The notes: generated from the letters alone by a model not told the origin. A stretch of 64,000 nt of DNA from Monocercomonoides exilis PA203 (GCA_001643675.2 LSRY02000034.1:496001-560000), one strand, 5' to 3'. Positions 1-13,461 are shown, counted from the stretch's first letter. Numbers and translations are program-made.

Positions 1-1056
1 CATTTTCTTTACCAAGTGTGAAATGCAAAACCACTTTTTCACAAAACAAAACGTGAATTTTGGTCTTTTCCTTTTAAACTTGCTATTTCCTCAATCAACT
101 TCGTTGAACTTCAGTAATGATACGAATAAAACATGGAATGTTATTCTGGAAAATAAAATATAAAAATTTTGAGGTTTTAATGATAGATTTTTTTCAGCAA
201 TCTTATGAATAAAATAAACAAAAATATTTCAAAATTATTTTCGAACAAACCAAAAAATTTTCCTTCGAGTAACATCAAATGAGACAGCCTTTCGATTCGT
301 TATCTGACATTTCTTTTTGGAAGTGAATTTCATTTTTTTTTGAAATAAATGGAGAATGAAAATTTTCAAAAGAAAAATTTTAGATTATTCACACAAAGAA
401 ACAAAATAATTGACATTTCTGGAGATTAACAGATTATTCTGTATTTTTGCTTAATATTCTCACATTTTCGAATCACTGGCTTGTGTGACGTCAGTGACAG
501 AAGTGACATCCAGTGGCATATTTAATTCCCAGTTTCACTGATCTCGTCACAAAACCATTATTGACTTTGTTCTTCCATCGTTATTCTTTTTTATTTAAAT
601 TCCAAAAATATTTATTTCATTAAAAAAGAAATTAATAATTAATGATAAACATTATTCCATAAAAATATTCGAAACAATGAGGAAAATTAAATTGGATTTC
701 CAAAAAAAATTATTTACGATCAAAAGACAATTGTGAAAAAGTCGATCACCAGTGTCACAAAGTGGCAAAATTTGTCACATGTCGCTCAGGACTACAATCA
801 ATGTTCATTCCAAATGTGACATTCTTTTTGAGAAGTTGAGAACGTTTAATTAATCAATTAGTGTTGATCAATCCGTTCCCATATTAAATAGAGAATAATA
901 TATTATTTTATTTGAAAGCTCGTATTTAAAATTATTGTGCTGCAAAAAGGATGACATGATAAAAGCTTATTTATTTGTTGTCACATTCACTTCTAAAAAT
1001 CACTGTTATTGAACGAATTGAGGCAAATGATTAATTTGTTCATATTTATATGTTTT

Positions 1057-1091
<35 letters not shown>

Positions 1092-1679
1092 AAGGGATTC
1101 TTCATTTTTCCTAATTTATATATTAAAACCTAAAAAGAGAAATATTAAATATCTTGGAAAATAATTTGGTAATTTTTAACTTTTGATAGTTTCACTGTTA
1201 ACTGTTCAAAGATTGTAAATTTCTGTCAAAAAGTTACATATATTTAACAATTAACGATGAGTGAACGAAAAAAACGAAGCCCAAATTACAACTTCTCAAA
1301 ATAAGCTCATTTATATTGTTAAATCAAGAAATTATTTGCTTCTTTTTTCAGATTCAAATCATGAATAACATTTCCAATCGTTTTTGCTTCAATAAATATC
1401 TTTCAATCATCTTTTTTTTTCTTCTTCTTTTCTCGCTCAAATGAACTCTGTTCTTTCTTTTCATGCGCATAAAAAAAAGTGAGCTTAACTGGTTGATTTG
1501 ACATTGTGATTGGAATACGGATATCGTATTTATGAAGCCGACAGAGCTGCTTGCTTGTTTGTTGGCTTATCTGAAAAAGAATCTTGCGACCTGGACAATT
1601 CAACAGTCGTCTCTTCGCTATTATTTTTTTTTGTCTTCAATATCCTTAACTTTTCTCAACAATAGTGTGTAAGAGAAAC

Positions 1680-2400
1680 GAAGCGAAGAAGGCAGCAGGG
1701 GATAATTATTCATCGTTAGCAGCAGTGCTTTTCATCGAAATTTCTGAAGCACAGGATGCGGCTACTTCATAAAAGTTGGTTGCAGCAATTGACAACATCA
1801 AGTTGTTGCTGCGAATTGTTCAAAATGAAGAAGGCTGAATAAAAATAAATTTATAGAAGTCAATATTGAGAGCATTAAAGAAGCTGTGGAGATATGTTGT
1901 TACGTAGTGGGCAATGCTTCATGGGTGTGTTGTGTATGTTCACGATGTGAATCATTCTGCGAAGCTTTCTGTTCCACTGGTAATAGTACAGCTTCCTTCG
2001 CTTACAGCGTCAGTGATTCCATAGTCGGGATGCAAGCTGATCTTTGCGGAGGCGGATGTGTATGTTCATTCTTCAATCTATGATCTATTTGATCCGTCGC
2101 TTTAAATATGGCGATCACTGCAGTCTAGGCGTGTGGTGGTGAAGCTGGCCGAGGAAGTGATGAGAGAAGTAATTGGAGAATGTGATGAAGGGAAGAATTA
2201 GGAGGTAGCGCTGGAGGCGGAAAGGTCGAAGACAGAAGATAAGATTCTTCCGATTATAGAAGTAATTGTTTTGATTGTGCTTGAGAAGCGAGGAAATGAA
2301 GAATTAGAGGGAGGAGAAGAATTTGAAAAAGAAGAAATAGGAGGAAAATGAAAAGACGAAGTACGTGGAAGTGAAGCAGGAGCAGAAGAAGAGTGAAACT
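1680..2400 (+). pseudogene. Decayed copy A of an unknown multicopy ORF family
   Basis: Manual translation gives ALKKLWRYVVT*WAMLHGCVVYVHDV...QLPSLTASVIP*SGCKLIFAEADV, which aligns with 5776-6366 (LPSLAAQVGMKSGSNRIFAAKDV) and 59465-59837 (QLPSHAA*...SGSKRIFAAEGV). Contains several stops; boundaries approximate. Confidence 0.6.
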
Positions 2401-2489
2401 GTGCAGAAGGTGATTATTCACTTGGTTAAACTGTTCCTGAAGGAATTTGCGGAGGAACAGATGTCTTGGGAAGTTTGTTCATGAATTGT

Positions 2490-3960
2490 TCATGGGAGAT
2501 GCGCTGTTGTTCTTCCTGCACTGCGACACGTTACTGTTTGAAGGGTGTTCTGTTGCAGCAGCCGAAAATAGAGAGCGAATATTTCCTGATAGTATTGTTC
2601 CGGATGTTCCGGAAATGCTCCAACAGTTAACTTGAAGGGATTTCTGAGAAGAAGATCAAGATGTTTTTTTGAGGAATTTGAGTGATTGAAGTCGGAGAAG
2701 GGGGAGACCGACGCATCTGCGTTTCTGGTTTTTCCGCCGAACAACTTCCTGGTGGAAGCAGCCACGCGAAAAAAGGCGATAAAAGCTCTGCATGATTTCA
2801 TATTTTGTTTCGATTTATCTTTTTCTTCATATTCGTTATCAGGGGGCTTGCATTAAGATCACGTCTATCAAATGGAGTCTCTTCTGAGTGAGTTCAATCC
2901 ACGAACGTCACACCAGCTGTTGCTACGAAACTTTCGAGATGCATCCCGGCTGTCTGGATGCTGTCTGCCATTGTTCGCTTCTGTTCCGGAGGCGCGCCAG
3001 CAAACAACTTTTTCGCGCTATTCCTGCAGCTGCAAGATGTGCTTGTTTCATCCGACAGATAAGTGCTTCTATCGCCCTCAGAGAACAGAACAGCTGCGAA
3101 GGCAGTGAGCCGGAACCTTGCGCTGATGAAGCCTGAGCTGGACGATCAAGTGCAGGTGCTTTCGGTGGTATCGGCGGGGGTGTTTGCAAAGGTGTCGGAA
3201 GGGGCAGGGCTGAAGCGGTGAGTGGAGACTGTGCAGTCTGCAATGGGGAAGAAAGAATGGCTGCGAGTTTTGTTACGGATGGCGCAGCTGCTGGAAGAGC
3301 TGGTGGGGCTGCGACTGAGGAGGGACAAGGTGGAAGTGGAGAACTGCTTTGGGATACTGCTGTGGGACGGACAATGAGTGGTTTTGCTTCATGCGGGAAT
3401 GGCGTAGCAGAGGGATGGAGAAGGGGGAGATTTCTTGCCATGCATCATCAGTATCTGCTTCTTCAGCATAGCACAAGAAGGTTCCGAACAAGAAAGAGAT
3501 GATGATTGACGTTGTGTACCAGTCTTTTTTATGAACATTGAATATAATCGACATTTTGATTTCGCAGCCTAAATCGTCATCCGCGATGTAATCTTCTTCG
3601 AAACCTTTAACTTTTTCTTCTTGTTTCATTTAAATCATCTTTTTCTTATTGCCCACGTTTTCTTTCAAAGAATTTCTTGAAAGGAGCAAATATTTCTCTA
3701 ATTTTGAAAACGTGTGGTTTTTTAATATACATAAAAGAATAATATGCACTTTTGAGAGAAGAAGAAAAACAAGATGAGAAAGATGAGGAAGAAGATGATG
3801 ATAGAGGAATTTGTCTGTCTTCTTCTTGTTGCATTGGAACAGAAGCACTGCTGCTTGGATGCTCAAAATGAGGCTGACTCCCGACATCCAATGCATATGA
3901 AGCAGATGATGGTGAAAATGGTGAAGAAGGAGAAGGAGAAGAAGACGGAGAAGAAACCAT
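2490..3960 (-). pseudogene. Fragmented, GC-richer coding-like remnant (Pro/Ser-rich), no recognisable domain
   Basis: Adjacent or overlapping minus-strand ORFs in different frames (3646-3960, 3273-3629, 2923-3441, 2490-2801) with protein-like composition, separated by stops and frameshifts. Confidence 0.35.
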
Positions 3961-5775
3961 ATAATTCGTAAAAATAATGCTTGAAATGGATTGTTCCCGA
4001 GAAAGGCACTCGATAAAAATAAGGCTGTTGTATGTGAGAAAAATAATTAAAAAAATACAAAAAAATAATTGTTATAAGTTTAACATTGAATATAAAAATT
4101 TCCTCAAATGGACACACCTGTCCTTTCTGTCGCAAATGCAGAGGATTGTCCAATCACCGATGCTGTCATTCTCCTTTTCCATTGTTTCCCTGTGCTCCTT
4201 TCTCCATCATCCTTAATTCCCACATAAATATCCTTCTTTTGACACCATCATCCACATTTTTTTTCAGAAAAATTTTTTTCTTCATTTTTATCTTTCCAAG
4301 AGCTGTCTAATTGTTGGCATTCTTCTTTTCATTCTCATCAAAATGATTTTCCGTCGGATTAATTTTCCAGCACCTCTCCAAAATGAATTCAGAAAATCTT
4401 CAATTCTCATTTGCTAGTTGTATATCGGAATCCAGTTCCCTTCTAATGTTCTCCTCAGAAAAGTAAATGAATTGTCATTTATATAATTTGTCAGATTCTT
4501 GCACTCTGAGAAGATAACAAATAAAAATATCTTCAAAATGAACAAGAATAATAAAAAATACATACATCATAATTTTCATATGTTGTATTGGAAAATACAT
4601 TTATTTCAAAGATGCTTTTTTTAAAATCATCTTGCCCATTCTATCGTCATGCCTCGCTGTCACTGACTCTTGAAACCACGTGAAATATTATCTTCTATCT
4701 CGCATAAAATGTTCATATCTCTTCTCTTTTCCGGTCCACAAACTTTCAAGGAAAAAAAGATAACTGAACGATCAAATTTGCCATAGCATTTTTTAAAACA
4801 CAATGAAAATTTTTATTAAATCAATCGACTGCACGTTTTCAAATTCCAAAACAATCTCACAAGCAATTTTCATACAAATTTTTTAATTAATAATTACAAC
4901 CACAAAAATAATTACTTATTGAAAGATCAACGATGCAACGATTTTATGATCCCATAAAAAATCACCCATATTTTGTGCATGAAGAGAGTGGAACAAAATT
5001 TTTTAATCAAGCAATTTCTTTCTATATTATCTCGAAAACTGATATTTGTTTCTTTTTGGAAAAAAAGTCGAAAGCTTTCGCTTTTCATCAAACAAATAAT
5101 CATTAAATATGAAAAGACAGGAAACATTAATTTTCCATTTTCATTTGAATAATGCTATTTATGGAAATTTATTTTAAGTCGTCTTTGAAAAATAAGAATC
5201 AAATTTGTTGATTTCAGTTGAATTGTCAACTTTTATTTGGAATTCACTAATTTCAAAAATTGTTATCAAAATGTTTTCAGTGTACTTCAATTTTGTTACT
5301 TCAACTTCTTTTTCATATATGTTATTTGTAAATATGTTTCATATTTCAGTGAGGAAACGAATTTTCATATTATTTCATCTATTAAAAAACATTTGCTAAA
5401 GAATATTCTTGTTTTTTCATGTTTAATTATAAATTTATGACCATGTAAATATTCATATTTCATTGCTCATGAAAACTGAACGTTCTCCAAAAAGCTTTCC
5501 TCATTGAACAAGAAGAGATGATGGAAAAAATTAAACGCTTTGAACATGCTGGTTTTTTGTTTAGGTGTGATGATATTAAAAACTCAGAAAAGTGTTCATT
5601 TCTCCTTTTTTTGATCAAAAAATGATTCAAGTCGCAAACCACTTTCTTTCATTAATATATCTCTTGCGTTTCCATTCCATCTCATTAGAGTTCATCATCT
5701 GAAAAAATCATCCTCTTTGTTTTCTTATCACTTAAAAGTGACTTTTTTTCTCAGCTGACAAACATTTTTTTTCAA

Positions 5776-7092
5776 ATGAAGATGCTTGTCTGTGTTCTCA
5801 ATGCAGCGCGGAAGACATCTCTTCGTCCATCCCTTCATCTGCAGCAGTTCTTAGGCTCACTTTGCTATTCCGAAAGAGGAAAAGCTAAGATAATTCAGCA
5901 TGGGATGAGCAGTTGTCATCATCTTCATTCAACGCTCATGAAATTGACCCTTCAGATGCGTCTGTCATTGTGGTATCATCTGCATCGCATCAGCTATGTG
6001 CAACATCGAGATGCGGCTGAGGTGTTCGCGAAGTGCAAGAAATCGGAATTGAGAGAGTTGAAGAGGCTGCGGGGATATGTTGTGTGTACTCACGATGTGG
6101 TGCTTTCGAAAATACATTCAGTTCTGCTGGTGGCACCGCTTCCGTCACTTGCAGCACAGGTTGGGATGAAGTCTGGGAGCAATCGGATCTTTGCTGCTAA
6201 GGATGTGAATGCGCTCTCTTTGATTTTCAACCAACTTGATCCATTTCTGATTCATACAAAAATAGTTCAGCTGATGTCTCAATCTCCGCAATTGATGAGC
6301 ATGGTGGTGAATTTTATGACGGAGCAATGGGGCAAAGTGCACAATGGTGTGAAGTGGATGAGATAGCGGAGAAGGCACAGAATGTGTTGGGTAAAAAAAT
6401 GGAGAATGAGATTCTGTCTCCAGCAGCGATTGCGCTGGCAGTGCTGGAGAAGCGCTGAGAGGCAGAGGAAGGAGGAGGGGAGGTAAAGAAGATGAAGTGC
6501 TAATCTATTAAATATGGAATTATGAGTGCGAATAGCAAGTGGAAACTGGTGGTTTAGGGATGAAGATTGCTTCAACATTTTTGTTGTTTTTGGTAAAAAG
6601 AAGGCAGCCCATCTTTGACTTCGTTGATTTTGCAGTGGGGGCTGTGCAAAAAAGCGAAGAGAAGTGAACAGCAAGCATGAGGATGACAGCGTTGTGATAT
6701 TTAGATTGTGTATTAGTTAAAAGAGAATATCGAGAGAATAAGGAACAAATGGAATGATGTATGAGAAGCAAAAAGCTATGGAAAAAGAAAACAAGCTGAG
6801 GAGGAGGAGGAGACGTTGGAGAAGGAATAATGTCTGTGATTCATTAATGATTGGAAAAGAACGGTTCTGGATCCTGTGGCGGAAGTTGTGGAAGAAGAAT
6901 ATACAAAACTGCCCGGAAGATAATGAAAAATGTGGAGAAGAAATGAACATACTGATTGGGCAGTTAGGAGGGAAAAAACAAACGATCGTGGAAAAGAAAG
7001 AAACAATCAAGGAGGAGATTGAGAAGCGAAAGACGATGTTTGCGCAAAAGAAGTCGGAACAGAAGAAGAGCGAGATTGTTCGACGGGTGTGA
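5776..7092 (+). pseudogene. Copy B of the unknown multicopy ORF family, followed by a broken Glu/Lys coiled-coil tail
   Basis: The 196-aa ORF carries the shared motif. The downstream 6754-7092 segment (LIGQLGGKKQTI) resembles the tail of copy C (LAEQLQKKDKII). The frame is broken between the two parts. Confidence 0.55.
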
Positions 7093-7492
7093 ATCCACAG
7101 AATAGAGAATTCCGAGAAGGATCCTTTGAAGGAATGGTCGTTTTCAAGATTTCTTCAGGAAGACTTAATAGAGTCTTTCAATTTCTCATGAAATTTTAAT
7201 GAATGGAATTAATACAATTTTTGTGATATGAAGGTTTCAATTTATATGAATTGATTCTTTCATTTTTCACAGTTGAAAATAAAAGTTTTATTGTTGTCAT
7301 GAATTATCAAATAAAAAAGTCGATGAGAAAAAAAGGATTTGATGTTTAATAATACCAAAAAACAAAATACTATAAAAAATTGAAAGAAATCGAAAATTCA
7401 AGAGATGAATATACATGGAATAACAAATACAAAATAGAAGGATATTATTTGGAATTCACCAAAGATTTTGGATGAAAATGTTTGTTTGGCCA

Positions 7493-8833
7493 TTAACTGC
7501 TCATTTCTTGTTCATTGCTTTCACTTTTGCTTTTGGATTTCTTCTTCTTCACAACAACAATAACTATCACAATAACGACAACTGCAATAACAACGACCAC
7601 TATCGGAACAACAATTGCCACAACTGTTCCTGCATTTGTTTTCTTTTTATCTTCTGTTGCTAGATCGTTTTTTGGATTATTGTGTTTCTTGACATATTTT
7701 TCAACAACATCGATTGGTTCTGATTCAAGATTTACAGCTGCCTTTATCCATCCAGCAGATGATTCGCCGTAATCGTTCGCGAACTCAAATGCATCTTCTT
7801 GTTGGCAAAATTCTTCGATATCAGGGGCAGAAATGAATAGAGATGTTGATTTTGAGCCAGCTGTATTTGAACCATCAATGTACAAATTATTAGTTGCTGG
7901 AAGCTGAAGATTCGATGTTGTTTTGGGCATTTCGATGACAATCGCTCCAGATACTCCTTCCGGTGCTGAACACGATTTGAATGTGCATTTGCTTGTTCGA
8001 CCAATGGCAACTGTTGATTCCTCATTCCTCAAATTAATACGTAACCCTGCTGCATACCCTTTCTCTGATTTCACTTCACTTAATTTAAGTCCATCAACAG
8101 TAATCTTTGATTTTTCATTATGATAGTCAGCAATCTCAATAGCTGCTTTAATTTGAACGTTCACTTTGTTTATCTCCACTTCGTTTATCTCCACTTCCGT
8201 AACAGCGTCTATTTCAAAGGGGTCAACGGAAAACGAAGAAAATATACGTTCATCAGTACATGTTACTGAATCCATTTTCAAAAAAGCTCCCGATGCATGA
8301 ACAAGAGCCACATTAATTTCAGAGTTTCCATATTGCGGACGTTTGAAGTTGCAATTGCTGATTGTCAGAAATCCACTATCACCGAATGATCCAATCAAAA
8401 AGAAATAAGCTCCTGATTGATCACCGTAAGAATTAAGTGTGGTTGGAAAATGAAATATCAAATATTTAAATACTACTGTTTCTAAACAAGTGAACAAATG
8501 GTAATTTAGATGCACATCGCAGTTTATTGCAACTTCAGTGTTACCACTTCCATCACTTTTCCATCCTTCAATAGTGATTCCTTTGCTCTTTTTCAGTTCC
8601 ATCTTTTCTGCGATTTGTGGAGCGGAATCGTTAACAACTCTTTAGGAACAAGCGCTGTCGTCTCCAAGTAAATTATAAGCACTGTTCAAAGAATGCTTTT
8701 CCTGACCGATCTCCAAGCCGCTGTTTTTTTCATCCCCGTTTATTTTCACGTAGGCAACTGCAGAAGTCGATGTCAATAAATACTCAGAGTGAATAAAAAC
8801 TACTGTCAAGAGATAAATCAGATTGCTCAACAT
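7493..8833 (-). pseudogene. Type I membrane surface protein (signal peptide, beta-helix-like ectodomain, C-terminal TM) with one in-frame TAA
   Basis: ATG at 8833 (MLSNLIYLLTVVFIH, signal-like). ORFs 8642-8875 and 7493-8602 are in the same frame and read ACS*RVVNDSAPQIAEKMEL. TM segment VVAIVVPIVVVVIAVVVIVIVIVVV is followed by KKKK. Confidence 0.7.
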
Positions 8834-9572
8834 TCCAGATAATGTTCTTTTTTCTGTTTTCCAACAGATCAACACACCCTAAAAATGAACAACAACTTTC
8901 CACAAACTATGGCTTGTTGTAGCTTTCGAATTTATGGTAACCTTGAATAATAATATTTCTTCAACATATGCAAAAATTATTCAAAATTGTCGTTGAAGCA
9001 AAAGAAATATATCATGATAATTAAAGCAACAAGTTCTTTATCGCAAAATGAAAGACAGGAAAGATCAGTTTTCTGAAAATCACCTTATTAAAGGAAAATA
9101 ATATCAATTCGAAAAAATTATTAATTAATTTGCTAGAGATAACTTATGAGATTGCAATATTCACCGAAAAGAAAATTTAAAATCAGAACTTTGTTCACAA
9201 ATCATTTATTTTTGTGTTTGAAATGAATATGTGTAAAACAAAATTTCAAATTTTCCAAACAAAAATTTTTATATCACTTTCAAATAGAAATTTGTATTTT
9301 TGAATCGGGTCATAGGTTAGTGTCTTTATTGGCAACTTTTTTTCATTGGCACATTTTTTCAATTTCCTTGTGTAAGATATTATTTGATATTAGAAACAAA
9401 GATTATTTGCACAAACAATTGTTTTTGTCATCAATGAATGAACAAATGTGCTAATTTGATTTCAGGGCAACAGTTCTCTTCGTAAATGAAATTATCGTTT
9501 GAAAATAACATGATAGATTGTTTTTTTACATATAGAATAAACAAAAATTCATTTAGCCAAATACTACCTATA

Positions 9573-9817
9573 TGGGGAATTCTTTTTGAAAAGTCGCAAA
9601 TGTTAAATTTTCAAATAAAAAAATTTTTTTTCGTATTTTTCTCAAAATAATGTTACCACTCATGAATCTTCTTTAGAATGTCTGAAATAGGATTATCTAG
9701 ATATTGATTCCATGTTTGTGAAGTTTGGTGCATGTTTACAAAATTTTATGAAAAAATGTGAAATTTTTGATTAATATCAATATTAAACATTGACGACTTT
9801 TCTTAAAGAATGACCCA
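9573..9817. mobile_element. MITE, 245 bp, ~40-bp imperfect TIRs, TA flanks
   Basis: Left TA|TGGGGAATTCTTTTTGAAAAGTCGCAAATGTTAAAT; right (reverse complement) TA|TGGGTCATTCTTTAAGAAAAGTCGTCAATGTTTAAT. Non-coding interior. Confidence 0.7.
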
Positions 9818-10671
9818 TATCAAAACTTGAAATGTCTTTTGGCTGCTTAAAATGGACTTTTTTTGGTCATTTCCCAATAAAATAGATTTGTTTTTTAAAT
9901 GATCATTAAAAAAAAAACATACAGTGATAGCTGTTCAAAATGACAGGGATTTTACCAAAGTGTGAAGGACATCATCACTGCGCAAGGAAAAAAAAGGAAA
10001 TTGTGACAGACGTTATCAAAATTGAAGCAAAGTGTGGAACAAACCTGACAGTGAAGAAAACAAAAGAATTGGTTTGTAAAATATTTATAATTTCAAATTA
10101 TTTGATCCTATTTAGATTGAAAATGCGATTGAAGATGAAGATTCAGAGATTTCAGTAGATGCTTCACCAAAAAAAGAAATATCAAAATCTACAGCTTATT
10201 CCTTCTTGCGAAATCAACCCAAATTGAAATCACAAAAGCTAAAAATTTTGTATTCAAAACGTCTCGCAGCATCTTGTCAGGACATTTTGAAACCTTGGTA
10301 CGAAATGCTTCATGATTTGCATTCAAAATACAAATACCGAAGGGAGCTAATCTTTGATGTGGATGAAACATCACTAAGATTATCTGATGGTCACAAAAAA
10401 CTTGTTGCAACATCCTCGGAGTCTCCATCAGCCTAATGCCTTACTCCTTCGAGAGTGCGAAACTCTACGCTTGTGGCTGCTGTTGTCTCGGATGGTTTTT
10501 CTTTGCCCACAATTGTGCTTTGGCCGATTTCCAACATTCCGGAAGAGTTGACTCCTCTTCTATCTCCTTCGCTTGATGTGTGGAGCAATACTAACGGTTG
10601 GACGAACTTTTCTCTATTCGAACATTACTCTTTGATTGTTCTGCTTCAACAAATATTGGAAAGAAAGAAAA

Positions 10672-13461
10672 GGCGAGATATAATCTGGTTGACAGACGAA
10701 TTGAACAAAATAACTCATTCCAAATGCTTAGTTCACTTTTTCTAATTATTTAAAAATTATTATCATTTAGCGAGACTTCATCTATCATGATCGATTAATA
10801 TTAAGAAAAAACAAATAAATAATAGGTGCAATCATTGAAATAATTTGTTCTTTCGTGTATCTGTTCATATAGCTTTCAAATATTAATGTATTCTGTTGTT
10901 TGCTTGTGCATTTTTAATTGTAATTTATTTTCAATAAGAAAAATTTCTTTATTTCAAATATTTGTTTACAAAATCACAAATTAATTTTTAATGTCTTTGC
11001 TTGGGAACTGCGCTGACAAGAAAAGAATATATCGCCTTGAAAGTACTTGAATAATCATTATATAGCTTGTTCATGGTATAAATAATATTGATATTTGGAA
11101 TTTTAATTTTTAATTGATAAAAATAATATTTTGTATTCGGTCTTGGATCTAAACATCACAGAAACGAAATGACTGAAAAAGTTTATTATTCATTTTATTA
11201 AAGGAAATGAATTCAAATTCAATTTATAAAATTTGCTTCAAACGCAATTAACAGATAGAATGAATTTCAGATATTGTTTTCAAAAGATAAAGTGATAATA
11301 TTTAAATGGCTGGATATTTCAAAGAGTTGCAGTGTGCATACATAGAGGAGTTCATTGTGCCTTTGCATTACATAAGACTGAGGAGATGATAAAAGAAGAT
11401 GATGAGAGGGTAAATAAATGAAAAAACGATGATTTTTGATAGCTTTCCAATTTCATTATCTTTTTATTCTTGAATATTAAATTCAAGTCGAATTGATCAT
11501 TAATTTTTTCCCTTTTTAAATAATTTTTCAAAACAAAAGGTTATCCAGGAAATGCAGAAGGTAGTTTTTTCTGTTTGGCTTTGATTGAAACGTTCGTGTT
11601 TATATAATTGATGAAACTCATTTTATGAACGTTATATTGTCATTTCATTTTGACAATAAAACATGTGTTGGTTTTATTTCAAAACAGCTTATGAAAAAAA
11701 CAAATGAAACGAAAACATGATTGAGATTTCTTCAATCCTTTATATTAATAAACTAGGTTTCAAGAAAAAAATGTGAATGTGAACTCATTGCACTTATCTC
11801 TCAGCAATTTCAAAAGTTCACATTTTTAACAATAAGATTGAAAATTAGCGAAACAATCAAATACAACAAAAAACTCAGAATTTACTGTTGAACAAAAGAT
11901 ATTGGAAAAACTACATTGAAAGCATCAGCAATCGTACCATTTCTTAACAAGTTAACAACTTTTAATGCTCAACTTTTCATTACTCAACTCAAAGAATGAA
12001 TCAATCAATAACCCATTTCTCTGCAATTCTTCTTTTCCTTTCGAAATATCTGAGTCAGGCTTCTTTGAATCTCAACAAGTTTTTTGATCATCGATTAATT
12101 GAAATTCAGCAAATCACACAGCACATCCAGCCCTCTATTGCAAAGCTCCTTTGCTTCTATTTCTTTTCCTCCTTTCTTTTCTCCTTTCTCTCTCTTCCAA
12201 TCCTTTATCTTGTCAGCTCTTCCTGTTTTATTCTTGCCTTTCGAATATAATGAATATGATAGACAACAACGTGTTTTCAATTTTTATATATGAATAATAT
12301 CTTATTGAAAACTCTCAAGATGATAATTGCTCAAGTTGCATCAGGTCATGATGCTCCCTATGATATAAGATAATATCTTTGATTTCGTTCTGAAAAAGTT
12401 CACTTTTTTCTTCAATCATAAAAATGAAATATATAAAATACGTTAGAAAAAGAAAAGCAAAAGAAAAGAAAAAGAAATTAATTAATTAATACTATTTCAC
12501 GAATTTTAAAGATGCAACCCAACGCCAATAAAGCTATTTTTTAATTTTTTAGTGTTTTTTTGTTTTCCTCTTTTTTCATCCCAACTTTTAGAAGACAGGG
12601 TTCACAAAATGAAAATAATTTCGTGGAATCCAAATGGTTCAATAAAAAATAGAATTCGTAAAGGATAATTTATAGCGTTTCATTTTTTCTATCTTCATTT
12701 TTCTTTTTATATTCCTTTTTTCTCAATTTTTCGACAATATTCATTCATATTTTTTTTGAAATCGAGAATTCGAAGATTCTTCTATCAATATCATATTCAC
12801 TATATTGAAATGTCAAATGCACTTCAGAACAAAAATAGAACTCAGCGAAAATGATATTCAAATTATTATCTTTTGGAGAATGTTCAATATGACTTTCACG
12901 TGTTAGTGCAATTAAACAATAATAATTACAATACATCAAATGTTGCATCTATTTTTTCAGTCATTTCGTTTCTGTGATGTTTAGATCCAAGACCGAATAC
13001 AAAATATTATTTTTATCAATTAAAAATTAAAATTCCAAATATCAATATTATTTATACCATGAACAAGCTATATAATGATTATTCAAGTACTTTCAAGGCG
13101 ATATATTCTTTTCTTGTCAGCGCAGTTCCCAAGCAAAGACATTAAAAATTAATTTGTGATTTTGTAAACAAATATTTGAAATAAAGAAATTTTTCTTATT
13201 GAAAATAAATTACAATTAAAAATGCACAAGCAAACAACAGAATACATTAATATTTGAAAGCTATATGAACAGATACACGAAAGAACAAATTATTTCAATG
13301 ATTGCACCTATTATTTATTTGTTTTTTCTTAATATTAATCGATCATGATAGATGAAGTCTCGCTAAATGATAATAATTTTTAAATAATTAGAAAAAGTGA
13401 ACTAAGCATTTGGAATGAGTTATTTTGTTCAATTCGTCTGTCAACCAGATTATATCTCTCC
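10672..13461. mobile_element. Non-autonomous long-TIR DNA transposon (509-bp TIRs, GG termini, 8-bp TSD AAAGAAAA), Mutator- or Merlin-like
   Basis: 10672-11180 is the reverse complement of 12953-13461; the only mismatch seen is at position 3 (GGCGAG vs GGAGAG). AAAGAAAA occurs at 10664-10671 and 13462-13469. The empty site reconstitutes an in-frame transposase. Confidence 0.93.
12745..12964 (-). CDS. Putative spliced 60-aa mini-gene starting inside the right TIR
   Basis: ATG at 12964, exon 12964-12930, 37-nt intron 12929-12893 (GTAATT...CACTAAC...AAAG), exon 12892-12745. Product MTEKIDATFDVFHIEHSPKDNNLNIIFAEFYFCSEVHLTFQYSEYDIDRRIFEFSISKKI. A paralogous peptide lies on the + strand at 12099-12293. 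Confidence 0.5.

Noticed and set aside
4086-4310. HTCPFCR as a RING-finger C-terminus
   Set aside because: No upstream RING ligands, and the surroundings look like decayed opposite-strand sequence.
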